DNA from: an uncultured Pelagibacteraceae bacterium
Lineage (GTDB): Bacteria; Pseudomonadota; Alphaproteobacteria; Pelagibacterales; Pelagibacteraceae
Reading direction: 5' to 3'
Assembly (NCBI GenBank): GCA_902566945.1
Contig: CACFKZ010000002.1
Coordinates: 4,918 to 68,917 of the forward strand
DNA length: 64,000 bases
The stretch's first letter is position 1. The number at the start of each line of letters is the position of its first letter. Made by a program: the position numbers and the translations under genes. The notes under the pieces were generated by a model. The model was given only the letters and a program-made list of their open reading frames with translations, had not been told where the DNA came from and did not search any database. Below, in pieces: positions 9,982-19,166 of the stretch.

Positions 9982-10827
9982 CTAATTGATTTTTCTTACT
10001 ATGAGAACAAAAATAATAGAGGTACAAAACATCACTAAAGCGTACGCTGCTGTCGGTACCATAAATACAATATCATCGAATAATTGTGTTGTTACAAATA
10101 CTGCTAAAGTTCCATTTTGTAAGCCACATTCTAATGAAATACATTTTCTTTGTGCAATTCCTGACGTCCAAAATTTTGCAACATAATATCCAACAAAAAT
10201 CATAGTCATATTTAAAATGAAAGCTATTAGACCTGCTCTAGTTATATAAGAAACAATCCTATCCCATTCCTCTACCCAAATTGCAATAAATACTATTAAG
10301 AATAAAATTACTGATAATCTTTGAATAATGAGAGTTTTAGAAATAATAAAATTAGTCATTAAACTTCTAACAATCATTCCAAAAATAACAGGAACAGTTA
10401 CTACAAGGAACATCTTCATTGCAATATTGAGCATTGATATATCTTTTACTGTTTCAATCCCTAAAAAATTGGCAGAATTAAAAACTATTAAAGGAACGAT
10501 GAAAATACTTAATAAACTGACAATCGCTGTCAAACTGACTGATAAAGCTACATCTCCATCTGCAAACTTAGTAAGGATATTTGAAGTAACACCGCCTGGA
10601 GCAGCGGCTATTACCATAACTCCTAAAGCTATTTCTGGTGGTAGTGAAATAATACTAATTAAAATAAAAGCAATTATTGGAAGCAAAATAACCTGACATA
10701 AAAAACCTACTAGGAAATCTCTTGGGTTTTTAAGCACTCTTGTAAAATCCCCAATTGTTAAGCCAAGACCTAAACCGAACATTATTATGGCAAGACAAAC
10801 GGGTGCTATTGAAGTTACGATTTCCAT
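9982..10827 (-). CDS. Bile acid:sodium symporter (BASS/SBF) family transporter
   Basis: MFGLGLGL, APGGVTSN, GDVALSVSLT, ECGLQNGTLA. Confidence 0.9.
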   Translation of the reverse strand: MEIVTSIAPVCLAIIMFGLGLGLTIGDFTRVLKNPRDFLVGFLCQVILLPIIAFILISIISLPPEIALGVMVIAAAPGGVTSNILTKFADGDVALSVSLTAIVSLLSIFIVPLIVFNSANFLGIETVKDISMLNIAMKMFLVVTVPVIFGMIVRSLMTNFIISKTLIIQRLSVILFLIVFIAIWVEEWDRIVSYITRAGLIAFILNMTMIFVGYYVAKFWTSGIAQRKCISLECGLQNGTLAVFVTTQLFDDIVFMVPTAAYALVMFCTSIIFVLIVRKIN

Positions 10828-10841
10828 AATTTTGTAAATTC

Positions 10842-11891
10842 CTATTCTACTTTGAATGAAGAGTTTTTCATGAGATCAAAAATTACAGTTACAAAACCAG
10901 CTTTATGCTTTTGGTTATGCATATAATTTTGTTCGAAGGATTTAATATTTTTGGGAGAAGGTAAAAGCATATATTCTAGCTTTTTATTTTTCGTTACTAG
11001 CTTTTCCTTTGTAAGATACTTTAATTTTCTAATTACTGTAGCTCTTGGGATTGTTGAAATTTCTGAAATAGAAGATGCATTTATTCCATTTTTGGGAGTA
11101 TGCCTTAAAAGGTGTAAATATAAGTCTGCGTAAGTTCTAGGATCCTCAACAACTCTGCTTTTTACTTGTTTTGAATAATCGGTAAATTGTGAGATACCTA
11201 TTGCACCCCATACATTCCAGGTTTCTAAGTCACCGAAAAAAGATCTATGTCTAACTAAAAAAGGAATTTGCATTCTAAACCAATGTTGCCAGCATATTGT
11301 AAAATATTTATCAATAAATGCTTCTATCTCTTCTTTTGAAAATGCTCTACCAAACCAAGATTCTTTTGAGAGAATTTGACTAGTTTTTTCTAAAAAATTA
11401 GCCATGAATCTTTTTGAATTAGCTGGTCTTTGAAGTTCTGTTATCTTTCTATTGAAGAAAATTGATTTTCCTTTCCTAAATATAATATTTTGGTTTTGTA
11501 AAAAATTTACTTTTCTTCTTATAGTTTCCTTAGGAATATCTAATTCTTTTGAAATTTCAATTAAGTTAATTTTATCAATCAAAAGTTCATTTTTGTCGTA
11601 AAATTCTGTATAGGACAAATACTGAAAACGATCTGAATATTTTTGAAATACAGTATTGATTAAATAAACTAAAATTAAGTAACTATCATAATCTTTAAAC
11701 GTACGATAAGCATTATTGCACCATGATTGCTGCAATTTAAACCATAAAGTTACTGTTTCATTAGAATGTTTGGATAAAACATCATAAACTTCATCTGAAT
11801 TTATTGTATTAAAAATTTTGTTTTCAAAAGACGGTTTTTTTTTTAAAGGCTCGAAAATTTTTACTGTTTTTATGTCTATAGGTTTAGACAT
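10842..11891 (-). CDS. Hypothetical protein with two tandem winged-helix DNA-binding-like repeats
   Basis: INLIEISKELDIPKETIRRKVNFL and INASSISEISTIPRATVIRKLKYL, each preceded by a WF(K/R)xQ helix. Confidence 0.7.
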   Translation of the reverse strand: MSKPIDIKTVKIFEPLKKKPSFENKIFNTINSDEVYDVLSKHSNETVTLWFKLQQSWCNNAYRTFKDYDSYLILVYLINTVFQKYSDRFQYLSYTEFYDKNELLIDKINLIEISKELDIPKETIRRKVNFLQNQNIIFRKGKSIFFNRKITELQRPANSKRFMANFLEKTSQILSKESWFGRAFSKEEIEAFIDKYFTICWQHWFRMQIPFLVRHRSFFGDLETWNVWGAIGISQFTDYSKQVKSRVVEDPRTYADLYLHLLRHTPKNGINASSISEISTIPRATVIRKLKYLTKEKLVTKNKKLEYMLLPSPKNIKSFEQNYMHNQKHKAGFVTVIFDLMKNSSFKVE

Positions 11892-12077
11892 TTATTTTTT
11901 CCACGTCACGCTTTGATTTATTAATATAGCCATTAAAATCCAAATAATAAAGGTTCCTTCCAGTGAAAAACCATAATCAGCACCAAAAATCCCTGCAACT
12001 ATAACAATTGAATAAATAGCAACTGTAGATAATATTAAACTTGCCAGATACCTGAGGATTGTGCATTTTAAATTCAT
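11892..12077 (-). CDS. Small two-TM membrane protein
   Basis: 61-aa ORF with two hydrophobic segments; stop abuts the start of the wHTH gene. Confidence 0.6.
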   Translation of the reverse strand: MNLKCTILRYLASLILSTVAIYSIVIVAGIFGADYGFSLEGTFIIWILMAILINQSVTWKK

Positions 12078-12675
12078 GATTTTAAAAAAATTATACGATA
12101 GATGCGTTGAGCTTGCTAGACATAAATTTTCAAAGCCTTTATTAGGTTTTGTAGCATTTATCGAAAGTTTTTTTTTTCCAGTTCCACCTGACTTAATGAT
12201 TGTTCCAATGGTAGTGGCAAAAAGAGATGATTATCTTAAGATATTTCTTATCGCTACGACCGGCTCTGTTTTAGGTGGCTTGTTTGGATATATGTTAGGG
12301 GTTTTCTTTTTAGATGCCTCAATGGTCATTATTGAATTTTATGGTTACGAAGAAAAAGTTTTTGAAATGCAAGATAAGATGTCTACAAAAGGTGGTTTTT
12401 TAGCTTGGCTTGGGATTATGTTTTTAGCGGGTTTTACCCCTCTCCCTTTCAAAGTCTTTACTATTACAAGTGGAGTCATTGCTTATAATCTTCCAGTATT
12501 TTTTTTTATATGTTTATTTACTAGAGGGCTAAGATTTTTTCTAGTTTCTTATTTAACGTTTCTTTTTGGAAAAAAATTTGGTGATTTCATCGAGAAAAGA
12601 GGTGCGCTATGGTTTACTCTAACTGGAATCTTTATTATAGTTTTAGCTGTCGTTCTATATATAATTTTCACCTAA
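12076..12675 (+). CDS. YqaA/DedA family membrane protein
   Basis: FIESFFFPVPPD, GSVLGGLFGY, AGFTPLPFKVFTITSG, RGLRFF; ATG 12076 preferred over GTG 12061. Confidence 0.9.
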   Translation: MILKKLYDRCVELARHKFSKPLLGFVAFIESFFFPVPPDLMIVPMVVAKRDDYLKIFLIATTGSVLGGLFGYMLGVFFLDASMVIIEFYGYEEKVFEMQDKMSTKGGFLAWLGIMFLAGFTPLPFKVFTITSGVIAYNLPVFFFICLFTRGLRFFLVSYLTFLFGKKFGDFIEKRGALWFTLTGIFIIVLAVVLYIIFT

Positions 12676-13157
12676 TGTTGAGCAACAATAAGTTAGTTTT
12701 AAACAGTATATTAGCTTTTAGCATATTGTCTTTAGCTATAGCTTATTTCATTCAATACATATTGGGACATGAACCTTGTAATTTATGCCTAATTGAGAGA
12801 ATTCCTTATTTAGCCTCTTTAATACTTATTTCTTTAATATTTATAATCAATAAGTTTGAAAAAGCGATTTCTGGTATTGTACTATTATTTTTTATTTTTG
12901 GTTCTGTGGTTTCTTTTTACCATGTAGGGATTGAACAAGGATTTTTTAGTGAGTCTTTTGTGTGCAATTTGGGTTCATCAAACGGAGATATGTCAAAAGA
13001 AGATTTGTTAAAGCAACTTGAGAATAAAACTCCAATTAGCTGTAAAGACGTGACTTTTAAGTTTTTTGGACTATCTCTTGCTACAATAAATACAGTTATA
13101 TCGATACTTTTAAGTGGTATTATGATCAAGGTTATTAAAAATTATGGAAAAAACTAA
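12675..13157 (+). CDS. dsbB: Disulfide bond formation protein B family
   Basis: HEPCNLCLIERIPY, YHVGIEQG, second Cys pair, FGLSLA; TAATG overlap with the upstream gene. Confidence 0.85.
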   Translation: MLSNNKLVLNSILAFSILSLAIAYFIQYILGHEPCNLCLIERIPYLASLILISLIFIINKFEKAISGIVLLFFIFGSVVSFYHVGIEQGFFSESFVCNLGSSNGDMSKEDLLKQLENKTPISCKDVTFKFFGLSLATINTVISILLSGIMIKVIKNYGKN

Positions 13158-13677
13158 TAAAAAAACTTTAGAAGAAATTATAAGAGTAGATCACGCTGGA
13201 GAACGTGGTGCGATTAAAATTTATGAAGGCCAGTTACTTGCTCTAAAAACATTCAAACAAAATGCTTCTTTAAAAAGAAAAATTGAAGAGATGAAGGAAC
13301 ACGAAAGAGAGCATTACGAATACTTTGATAATGAAATTAAAAAAAGAAATATTCAGCCAACAAAACTTTTACCTCTTTGGGATTTAATGGGAGTTACTTT
13401 AGGTTTTGGGACTGCCATGCTTGGTGAAAAAGCAGCTATGTTATGTACTGCATCAGTTGAAGAAGTAATAGATGGTCATTATAAAGATCAAACTTACAAA
13501 CTTGGAAAAGATGAAGAGGAATTAAAAAAGAAAATTATGAAATTTAGACAAGACGAACTTGACCATAAAAATATAGCTTATGACAATGGAGCAACGAAAA
13601 AAGGTTTATTCGGTGTTTTGGATAAAGTTATCAAAACTTCATCAAGAATAGCTATTACAATTTCTGAAAAAATTTAA
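13144..13677 (+). CDS. coq7: Demethoxyubiquinone hydroxylase Coq7
   Basis: IRVDHAGERGA, EREH, VEEVIDGHY, DELDH di-iron motifs. Confidence 0.92.
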   Translation: MEKTNKKTLEEIIRVDHAGERGAIKIYEGQLLALKTFKQNASLKRKIEEMKEHEREHYEYFDNEIKKRNIQPTKLLPLWDLMGVTLGFGTAMLGEKAAMLCTASVEEVIDGHYKDQTYKLGKDEEELKKKIMKFRQDELDHKNIAYDNGATKKGLFGVLDKVIKTSSRIAITISEKI

Positions 13678-14247
13678 TTACGGTTCTAACTCGATATCCC
13701 AATATAAATAATCCATCCAGCTTTCATGTAAAAAATTCGGTGGAAAATTTCTACCATTTCTGTGCAGGTCTTCAACAGTTGGAGCGTAGGGTTTATTAGC
13801 TAATTTTAAATCACAATCTCTATATAGCTTACCACCTTTTTTAACATTACAACTTGAGCAAGCTGTAACCACGTTGTTCCAATCTGTTAATCCTCCTTTA
13901 GATTTTGGAAGAAGGTGATCAAAAGTTAAATCTTTTTTATCTCCGCAATATTGACAGGTAAACTTATCTCTCAAAAATACGTTGAATCTCGTAAAATTTG
14001 GATTTTTTGATGGTTGTATAAAATTTTTTAAAGCGATTACACTTGGTAAATTCATTTCAAAAGATGGGCTCCTAATTTTTCTTTTATAATTTGAAACGAT
14101 ACTTACTCTATCTAAGAAAACTGATTTAACTGCATCTTGCCAACACCAAATAGAAAGCGGGTAATAACTTAAAGGTCTAAAATCAGCATTAAGAACTAGT
14201 GCTGGACACTTTTCTAATGGAACTTTATCTGCAGAAGATATAATCAT
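13678..14247 (-). CDS. HNH endonuclease family protein
   Basis: RDKFTCQYCG, TFDHLLPKSKGG, WNNVVTACSSCN; ALVLNAD N-terminus. Confidence 0.92.
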   Translation of the reverse strand: MIISSADKVPLEKCPALVLNADFRPLSYYPLSIWCWQDAVKSVFLDRVSIVSNYKRKIRSPSFEMNLPSVIALKNFIQPSKNPNFTRFNVFLRDKFTCQYCGDKKDLTFDHLLPKSKGGLTDWNNVVTACSSCNVKKGGKLYRDCDLKLANKPYAPTVEDLHRNGRNFPPNFLHESWMDYLYWDIELEP

Positions 14248-14308
14248 ACTTAAAGCTAACTGATAAGAAAAATTTTATCAAGTTATAATTATGTTACAGG
14301 TAAAATAA

Positions 14309-14965
14309 TTATAAATTAAAATGTTTTTTAATGAATTGAAGACCCAAACTTGACCCTTCGGTTGGTATACGATGTTCACAATGTTTAAATATTTTTGTTT
14401 CTATTTCGTAATTATTACTCCCAAAAAATTCTTTAGCTTCAAGCAGTGATTCTATTGGAACAACTTGGTCAAGATCTCCATGCATTAAGATAATATTTGG
14501 TCGAGATATTATATTTTTAGAGAGATGCTCTGTACTAATAATTCTTCCTGAATACCCAATAATAGAATTTATGGTATCTTTTCTTTTGATGCCAGTTTGT
14601 AAAGTTATCATACAACCCTGACTAAAACCTCCGATAATAATATCATTTGCTTTTAAATCATATTTTTTTTTAACTTCATCTATTAATTTATTAAGTTTTT
14701 TCTCAGCTACCAAAGATTTTGATAAAATTTGCTCAGGACTTTGATCCATTAAGTCAAACCATTGGAAGCCTGTTGGGCTTGCAGCACATTTTTCAGGAGC
14801 GTCTGGGCAAACTATAATAGTGTCTGGCAAGTGAGCTCTCCAATAACTAGCTAAAATTGAAATATCTTTACCGTCTCCACCATAACCATGGCAAAGAATT
14901 ACTGCATTCTTTGGTTTTTCTTTGGAAAGCGGCTCTAAAATAATTGTATTTAATGAAAAGGTCAT
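14309..14965 (-). CDS. Phospholipase/carboxylesterase (alpha/beta hydrolase, YpfH-like)
   Basis: HGYGG, GFSQG nucleophile elbow, HGDLDQVVP, catalytic His (CEHRI). Confidence 0.88.
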   Translation of the reverse strand: MTFSLNTIILEPLSKEKPKNAVILCHGYGGDGKDISILASYWRAHLPDTIIVCPDAPEKCAASPTGFQWFDLMDQSPEQILSKSLVAEKKLNKLIDEVKKKYDLKANDIIIGGFSQGCMITLQTGIKRKDTINSIIGYSGRIISTEHLSKNIISRPNIILMHGDLDQVVPIESLLEAKEFFGSNNYEIETKIFKHCEHRIPTEGSSLGLQFIKKHFNL

Positions 14966-14980
14966 ATAGATAAACTATCA

Positions 14981-15181
14981 ATGTCAGAATTTTTATTTAA
15001 CTTTATAGGTTTTACTTTATTAGGTGCCGTCGCCATAGTTTTAATAATGGGTATTTATACTTTATTTAAAGGTGGAAGTACTAGTAAAAAATATTCTAAT
15101 AAACTTATGCAGTTAAGGGTGTTGTTGCAATTTATTGCAATAATAGTTTTAGTTTTGCTTGCCTATTTTTTCAAAGATTAA
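14981..15181 (+). CDS. HIG1-domain twin-transmembrane small protein
   Basis: SNKLMQLRVLLQ motif between two TM helices. Confidence 0.85.
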   Translation: MSEFLFNFIGFTLLGAVAIVLIMGIYTLFKGGSTSKKYSNKLMQLRVLLQFIAIIVLVLLAYFFKD

Positions 15182-15705
15182 ATATATTTTCTCAAAAAGT
15201 TAATAAATTCATCGCTAGCAAAATCGATTTCGCCAATTACTTTTCCAAATTCTTTTCCTTCTTTGTTGATCAATATGCTTGTTGGCAGGCCTCTTAATTT
15301 AAACCCTTTTGCCAATCTTAGCTCGGGATCATAGTAAGTTTTTAGGTCTTTTACTCCTATATCTTTGAAAAATTTTTCTACTTTTATATTATTTGGTTTT
15401 TCCATATTCACTGCAAAAATATCAATTTCAGGTAACTTAACACCTAATTTTTCTAAAGAGGGCATTTCCTTTCTACACGGCGCACACCATGTGGCCCAAA
15501 AATTAATTATCATGATCTTGCCTCTTTTATTGATTAAATCAACGTCTTGAAGATTTGAGTCTTTAAATTTTAGTTCGCTAATAATTTGAGGTTTTTCATG
15601 AATAATAACGTTTTTTGAAAAGTCCTCTGCTCTAATAAGATTTTGGCTGGTAAGAGATAGAACTATTATGTGAATATAGATTATAAAAGATTTACTAATT
15701 TTCAT
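15178..15705 (-). CDS. tlpA: TlpA-like thiol:disulfide oxidoreductase
   Basis: NFWATWCAPCRKEMP, GLPTS; divergent from argH. Confidence 0.88.
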   Translation of the reverse strand: MKISKSFIIYIHIIVLSLTSQNLIRAEDFSKNVIIHEKPQIISELKFKDSNLQDVDLINKRGKIMIINFWATWCAPCRKEMPSLEKLGVKLPEIDIFAVNMEKPNNIKVEKFFKDIGVKDLKTYYDPELRLAKGFKLRGLPTSILINKEGKEFGKVIGEIDFASDEFINFLRKYI

Positions 15706-15735
15706 ATTAATTTAAATTGTAAATAACATAGTAAA

Positions 15736-17118
15736 ATGAAAAATAAAACTGTTTGGGCGAATAGACTAAAGGGAAAGATATCACTTTCTTTTCAAAAAAT
15801 AGGCTCATCTATTAGTGTTGATAAAAGACTTTATGGGCAAGATATAACTGCGTCTATTGTTCATGCCAAAATGCTTGTTAAACAAAAGATTATTAGTAGC
15901 AAAGATGGATTTAAAATAATTAATGGTCTTAAAAAAATTAAGTCACAAATAGATAAAGGAAAGTTCAATTTTCAAGAAAAATTTGAAGATATTCATTTAA
16001 ATGTAGAAAAAAAATTATTTGAATTAATTGGTCCGTCGGCGGGCCTTTTGCACACAGCTAGATCAAGAAATGATCAAGTTGTAACAGATTTTAAATTATG
16101 GATTAAAGATTCATCAAAAGAAACTATTGGTAACATTAATTCTTTAATGAAAATATTAATCAAAAAAGCGGATAAAAATGTGGATACTGTAATGCCTGGC
16201 TTAACACATCTTAAAAATGCTCAACCCATTTCATTTGCGCATTATCTCCTATCTTATTTCGAGATGTTTAAAAGAGACATAAAGAGATTTGAAAATAATA
16301 TAAAACTTTTAGATGAGTGCCCATTAGGTTCAGCCGCACTTGCGGGTACTTCTCATAATATAGACAGAAATTATACTTCAAAACAACTCGGTTTTAAAAA
16401 ACCAACTGATAATTCAATAGACTCGGTTTCTGACAGAGATTTTGCAGTGGATTTTTTATATGCCTCTGCTTTGTGCGCGATGCATTTATCTAGATTAGCC
16501 GAAGATTTCATAATTTTTAATTCAAATGCATTTAATTTGATCTCATTTGATGACAGCATGCTAACTGGCTCATCAATTATGCCTCAAAAGAAAAATCCTG
16601 ATCCTGCTGAATTAATTAGAGGTAGAGTTGGTTTGAACTATGGTAATTTAAGTTCGATGCTAACTATAATGAAAGGGCTTCCGATGTCTTATTTCAAAGA
16701 TCTTCAAGACGATAAAAAACTTGTCTTCGATGGATTTGATACTTTGAATGACTCATTAGTTTTAGGTCTAGAGTTAGTGAATTCAATGAAACCAAATAAA
16801 AAAAACATGCTTAAAATGGCAAATGAGGGTTACACAACGGCAACCGATTTTGCTGATTATTTAGTAAGAGAAAAAAAACTCACTTTCAGAGACGCTTATA
16901 CGATTGCAGCAAAATTAGTAGATTACGCAGAAAAGAAAAATAAGTTATTGTTTGAGTTATCTTTGCAAGAAATAATGAAAATTTACAAAAATTTAGATAC
17001 AAAAGTATTGAAAATATTTGATGTAAATAATTCAATGAACTCAAAAAGATCTCACGGAGGAACTTCTATTGCAAATATTAAATCAATGATTAAAAAATAT
17101 AAAAAGGAATTAAAATGA
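15736..17118 (+). CDS. argH: Argininosuccinate lyase
   Basis: EDIH, LHTARSRNDQV, GSSIMPQKKNPD. Confidence 0.97.
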   Translation: MKNKTVWANRLKGKISLSFQKIGSSISVDKRLYGQDITASIVHAKMLVKQKIISSKDGFKIINGLKKIKSQIDKGKFNFQEKFEDIHLNVEKKLFELIGPSAGLLHTARSRNDQVVTDFKLWIKDSSKETIGNINSLMKILIKKADKNVDTVMPGLTHLKNAQPISFAHYLLSYFEMFKRDIKRFENNIKLLDECPLGSAALAGTSHNIDRNYTSKQLGFKKPTDNSIDSVSDRDFAVDFLYASALCAMHLSRLAEDFIIFNSNAFNLISFDDSMLTGSSIMPQKKNPDPAELIRGRVGLNYGNLSSMLTIMKGLPMSYFKDLQDDKKLVFDGFDTLNDSLVLGLELVNSMKPNKKNMLKMANEGYTTATDFADYLVREKKLTFRDAYTIAAKLVDYAEKKNKLLFELSLQEIMKIYKNLDTKVLKIFDVNNSMNSKRSHGGTSIANIKSMIKKYKKELK

Positions 17119-17225
17119 GAATATTAGTATCAATTTGTATAATAATTTTAACTCTGTCAGGGTGTGGAAAAAAATCAGAACCTAAATATCAAGGAAAACT
17201 TTACCAAATACAAATAATTTTATAA
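17115..17225 (+). CDS. 36-aa lipoprotein (LptM/YifL-like; not in the ORF track)
   Basis: MRILVSICIIILTLSGCGKKSEPKYQG...; lipobox LSGC; ATGA overlap with argH; ends 4 nt before lysA. Confidence 0.75.
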   Translation: MRILVSICIIILTLSGCGKKSEPKYQGKLYQIQIIL

Positions 17226-17229
17226 TTTT

Positions 17230-18459
17230 ATGCAAAATTTAAAGTATGTAAGTAAAAATTTATTTCTGGAGCAAGTGTCAATCCGAAACTTTTTAAAAAA
17301 AAATAAAACCCCTTTTTATATTTATTCTGAAAATCAAATAGTCTCAAACTACTCAAATTTTGTGAGAACATTTAAAAAAACCAATCCTTTAATATGTTTC
17401 GCTGCAAAATCTAATAGCAATACGCATATTTTAAGAATTTTGGGTAAACTCGGAGCTGGTGCTGATGTCGTTTCTGGTGGAGAGCTATTAAAAGCCCTAA
17501 GAGCTGGTATTAAACCAAAAAAAATTGTGTTTTCGGGAGTCGGTAAGTCTGAAGAAGAGTTAAAAATAGCGATAAGTAAAAATATTTTATTAATAAATTG
17601 TGAGTCTGAGAGTGAGGCGAAGTTAGTAAATACATTGGCAAAAAGTTTAAGAAAAAAGATTTCTATTGGCTTCAGATTAAATCCAAATGTTGATGCAAAA
17701 ACACATAAAAATATATCTACTGGTAAAGCAGATAACAAGTTCGGTTTATCAATTAAAAGTTTCAAATTTTTTCTAAAAGAGATACATAAATTCAAAAATA
17801 TTAAGCTTGAAGCGTTAAGTGTTCATATAGGAAGTCAAATCTTGAATGATGGGCCATTTAAAAAAACGCTTAATGTAATGAATAAGTTAATCAATGAATT
17901 AAAATTAAATTTGAAATATGTTGATTTAGGTGGAGGTTTTGGAATTAATTATAGTAATAATGAAAAGCCAATAAATCTTAATAACTACGCAAAATTAGTA
18001 AATAATTTTGCAACAAAACTTAAATGTAAAATTATTTTTGAGCCGGGTAGATCTATTATTGGGAATACAGGCTTACTTGTTAGTAAAGTTCAATTTATAA
18101 AAAAAGGGCTCAATAAAAACTTTATAATATTAGATGCAGGTATGAACGATTTTATGCGTCCAGCTTTATATGACGCATTTCATAAGATTATTCCTATTAC
18201 TAAAAATTCATCCAAAATGAAAAGTGCAATAGAATTTGTAGGTCCAATTTGTGAAAGCACTTGTAAATTTGGAGTTTACAAAAAATATCAAAAATTAATT
18301 GAGAATGACTTTGTGGCAATTACAAATGTTGGTGCATACGGCTCCTCATTGTCATCAAACTATAATACGAGACCTTTAATCGCTGAAATTTTAATCAATA
18401 AAAATAAATTTAAATATATAAGAAAAAAACAAAATTTACTTAAATTGATAAATTCTTAA
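17230..18459 (+). CDS. lysA: Diaminopimelate decarboxylase
   Basis: FAAKSN, DVVSGGEL, HIGSQ, EPGR, GPICES, GAYG, SNYNTRP. Confidence 0.96.
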   Translation: MQNLKYVSKNLFLEQVSIRNFLKKNKTPFYIYSENQIVSNYSNFVRTFKKTNPLICFAAKSNSNTHILRILGKLGAGADVVSGGELLKALRAGIKPKKIVFSGVGKSEEELKIAISKNILLINCESESEAKLVNTLAKSLRKKISIGFRLNPNVDAKTHKNISTGKADNKFGLSIKSFKFFLKEIHKFKNIKLEALSVHIGSQILNDGPFKKTLNVMNKLINELKLNLKYVDLGGGFGINYSNNEKPINLNNYAKLVNNFATKLKCKIIFEPGRSIIGNTGLLVSKVQFIKKGLNKNFIILDAGMNDFMRPALYDAFHKIIPITKNSSKMKSAIEFVGPICESTCKFGVYKKYQKLIENDFVAITNVGAYGSSLSSNYNTRPLIAEILINKNKFKYIRKKQNLLKLINS

Positions 18460-19166
18460 TGCAATTTATTAAATCTTTAATTTTTAATGTCTTTCTTTAT
18501 TTTGGACTTATTTTAATTTTCATATTAGCAATACCCACATTAATTCTTCCTAATAAAGTTACAATTTTTTTTGGAAGAGTATCAGCGAATTACATTGTTT
18601 TAATTTTAAAACTTGTAATGAATACTAAAGTAATTTTTCACGGAGAAGAAAACTTGAAAAAAGTTGATAATTTTTTTGTCGCTTCTGCTCATCAATCAAT
18701 GTTTGAAACTTTTGCATTACAAATTCCGCTTGATGGTCCAATTTTTATTTTAAAAAAAGAACTTTTAAATATACCTTTATTTGGTTGGTATTTAAGAAAA
18801 ATTGGTTCTATAGCAATAATAAGAGAGACTACTACTAAAGAAAATTTAAATTTTTTTGACAAAATAAAAGAAAGATTAGAAAAAAATAAAAGACCACTAT
18901 TGATATTTCCTCAAGGTACACGAGTAAAATTAGATGAACAGCCTCCATTTAAAAAAGGAGTAGGACGAATATATAAAGCATTGAATTTACCTTGTATTCC
19001 AGTTGCATTAAATACTGGAAAAGTCTGGCCGAAAAATAGTTTTATGAAATTCTCGGGAGATATTCATATTTCATTTCTAGATCCTATTATGCCTGGTAAA
19101 GAAAATGATGAATTTACTAAGGAACTTGAAAATAAGATTTATACTGAAATAAAAAAATATTATTAA
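18459..19166 (+). CDS. plsC: 1-acyl-sn-glycerol-3-phosphate acyltransferase
   Basis: HQSMFE, KKELL, FPQGTR. Confidence 0.88.
   Translation: MQFIKSLIFNVFLYFGLILIFILAIPTLILPNKVTIFFGRVSANYIVLILKLVMNTKVIFHGEENLKKVDNFFVASAHQSMFETFALQIPLDGPIFILKKELLNIPLFGWYLRKIGSIAIIRETTTKENLNFFDKIKERLEKNKRPLLIFPQGTRVKLDEQPPFKKGVGRIYKALNLPCIPVALNTGKVWPKNSFMKFSGDIHISFLDPIMPGKENDEFTKELENKIYTEIKKYY

Noticed and set aside
9881-12077. tRNA-Leu as an integration site for the neighbouring genes
   Set aside because: No integrase and no duplicated tRNA 3' end were seen; fadD begins 4 nt from the CCA.
13678-14247. HNH nuclease as a homing, mobile or defence element
   Set aside because: It resembles the stand-alone conserved alphaproteobacterial HNH type; there is no intron, methylase, repeat or compositional anomaly nearby.
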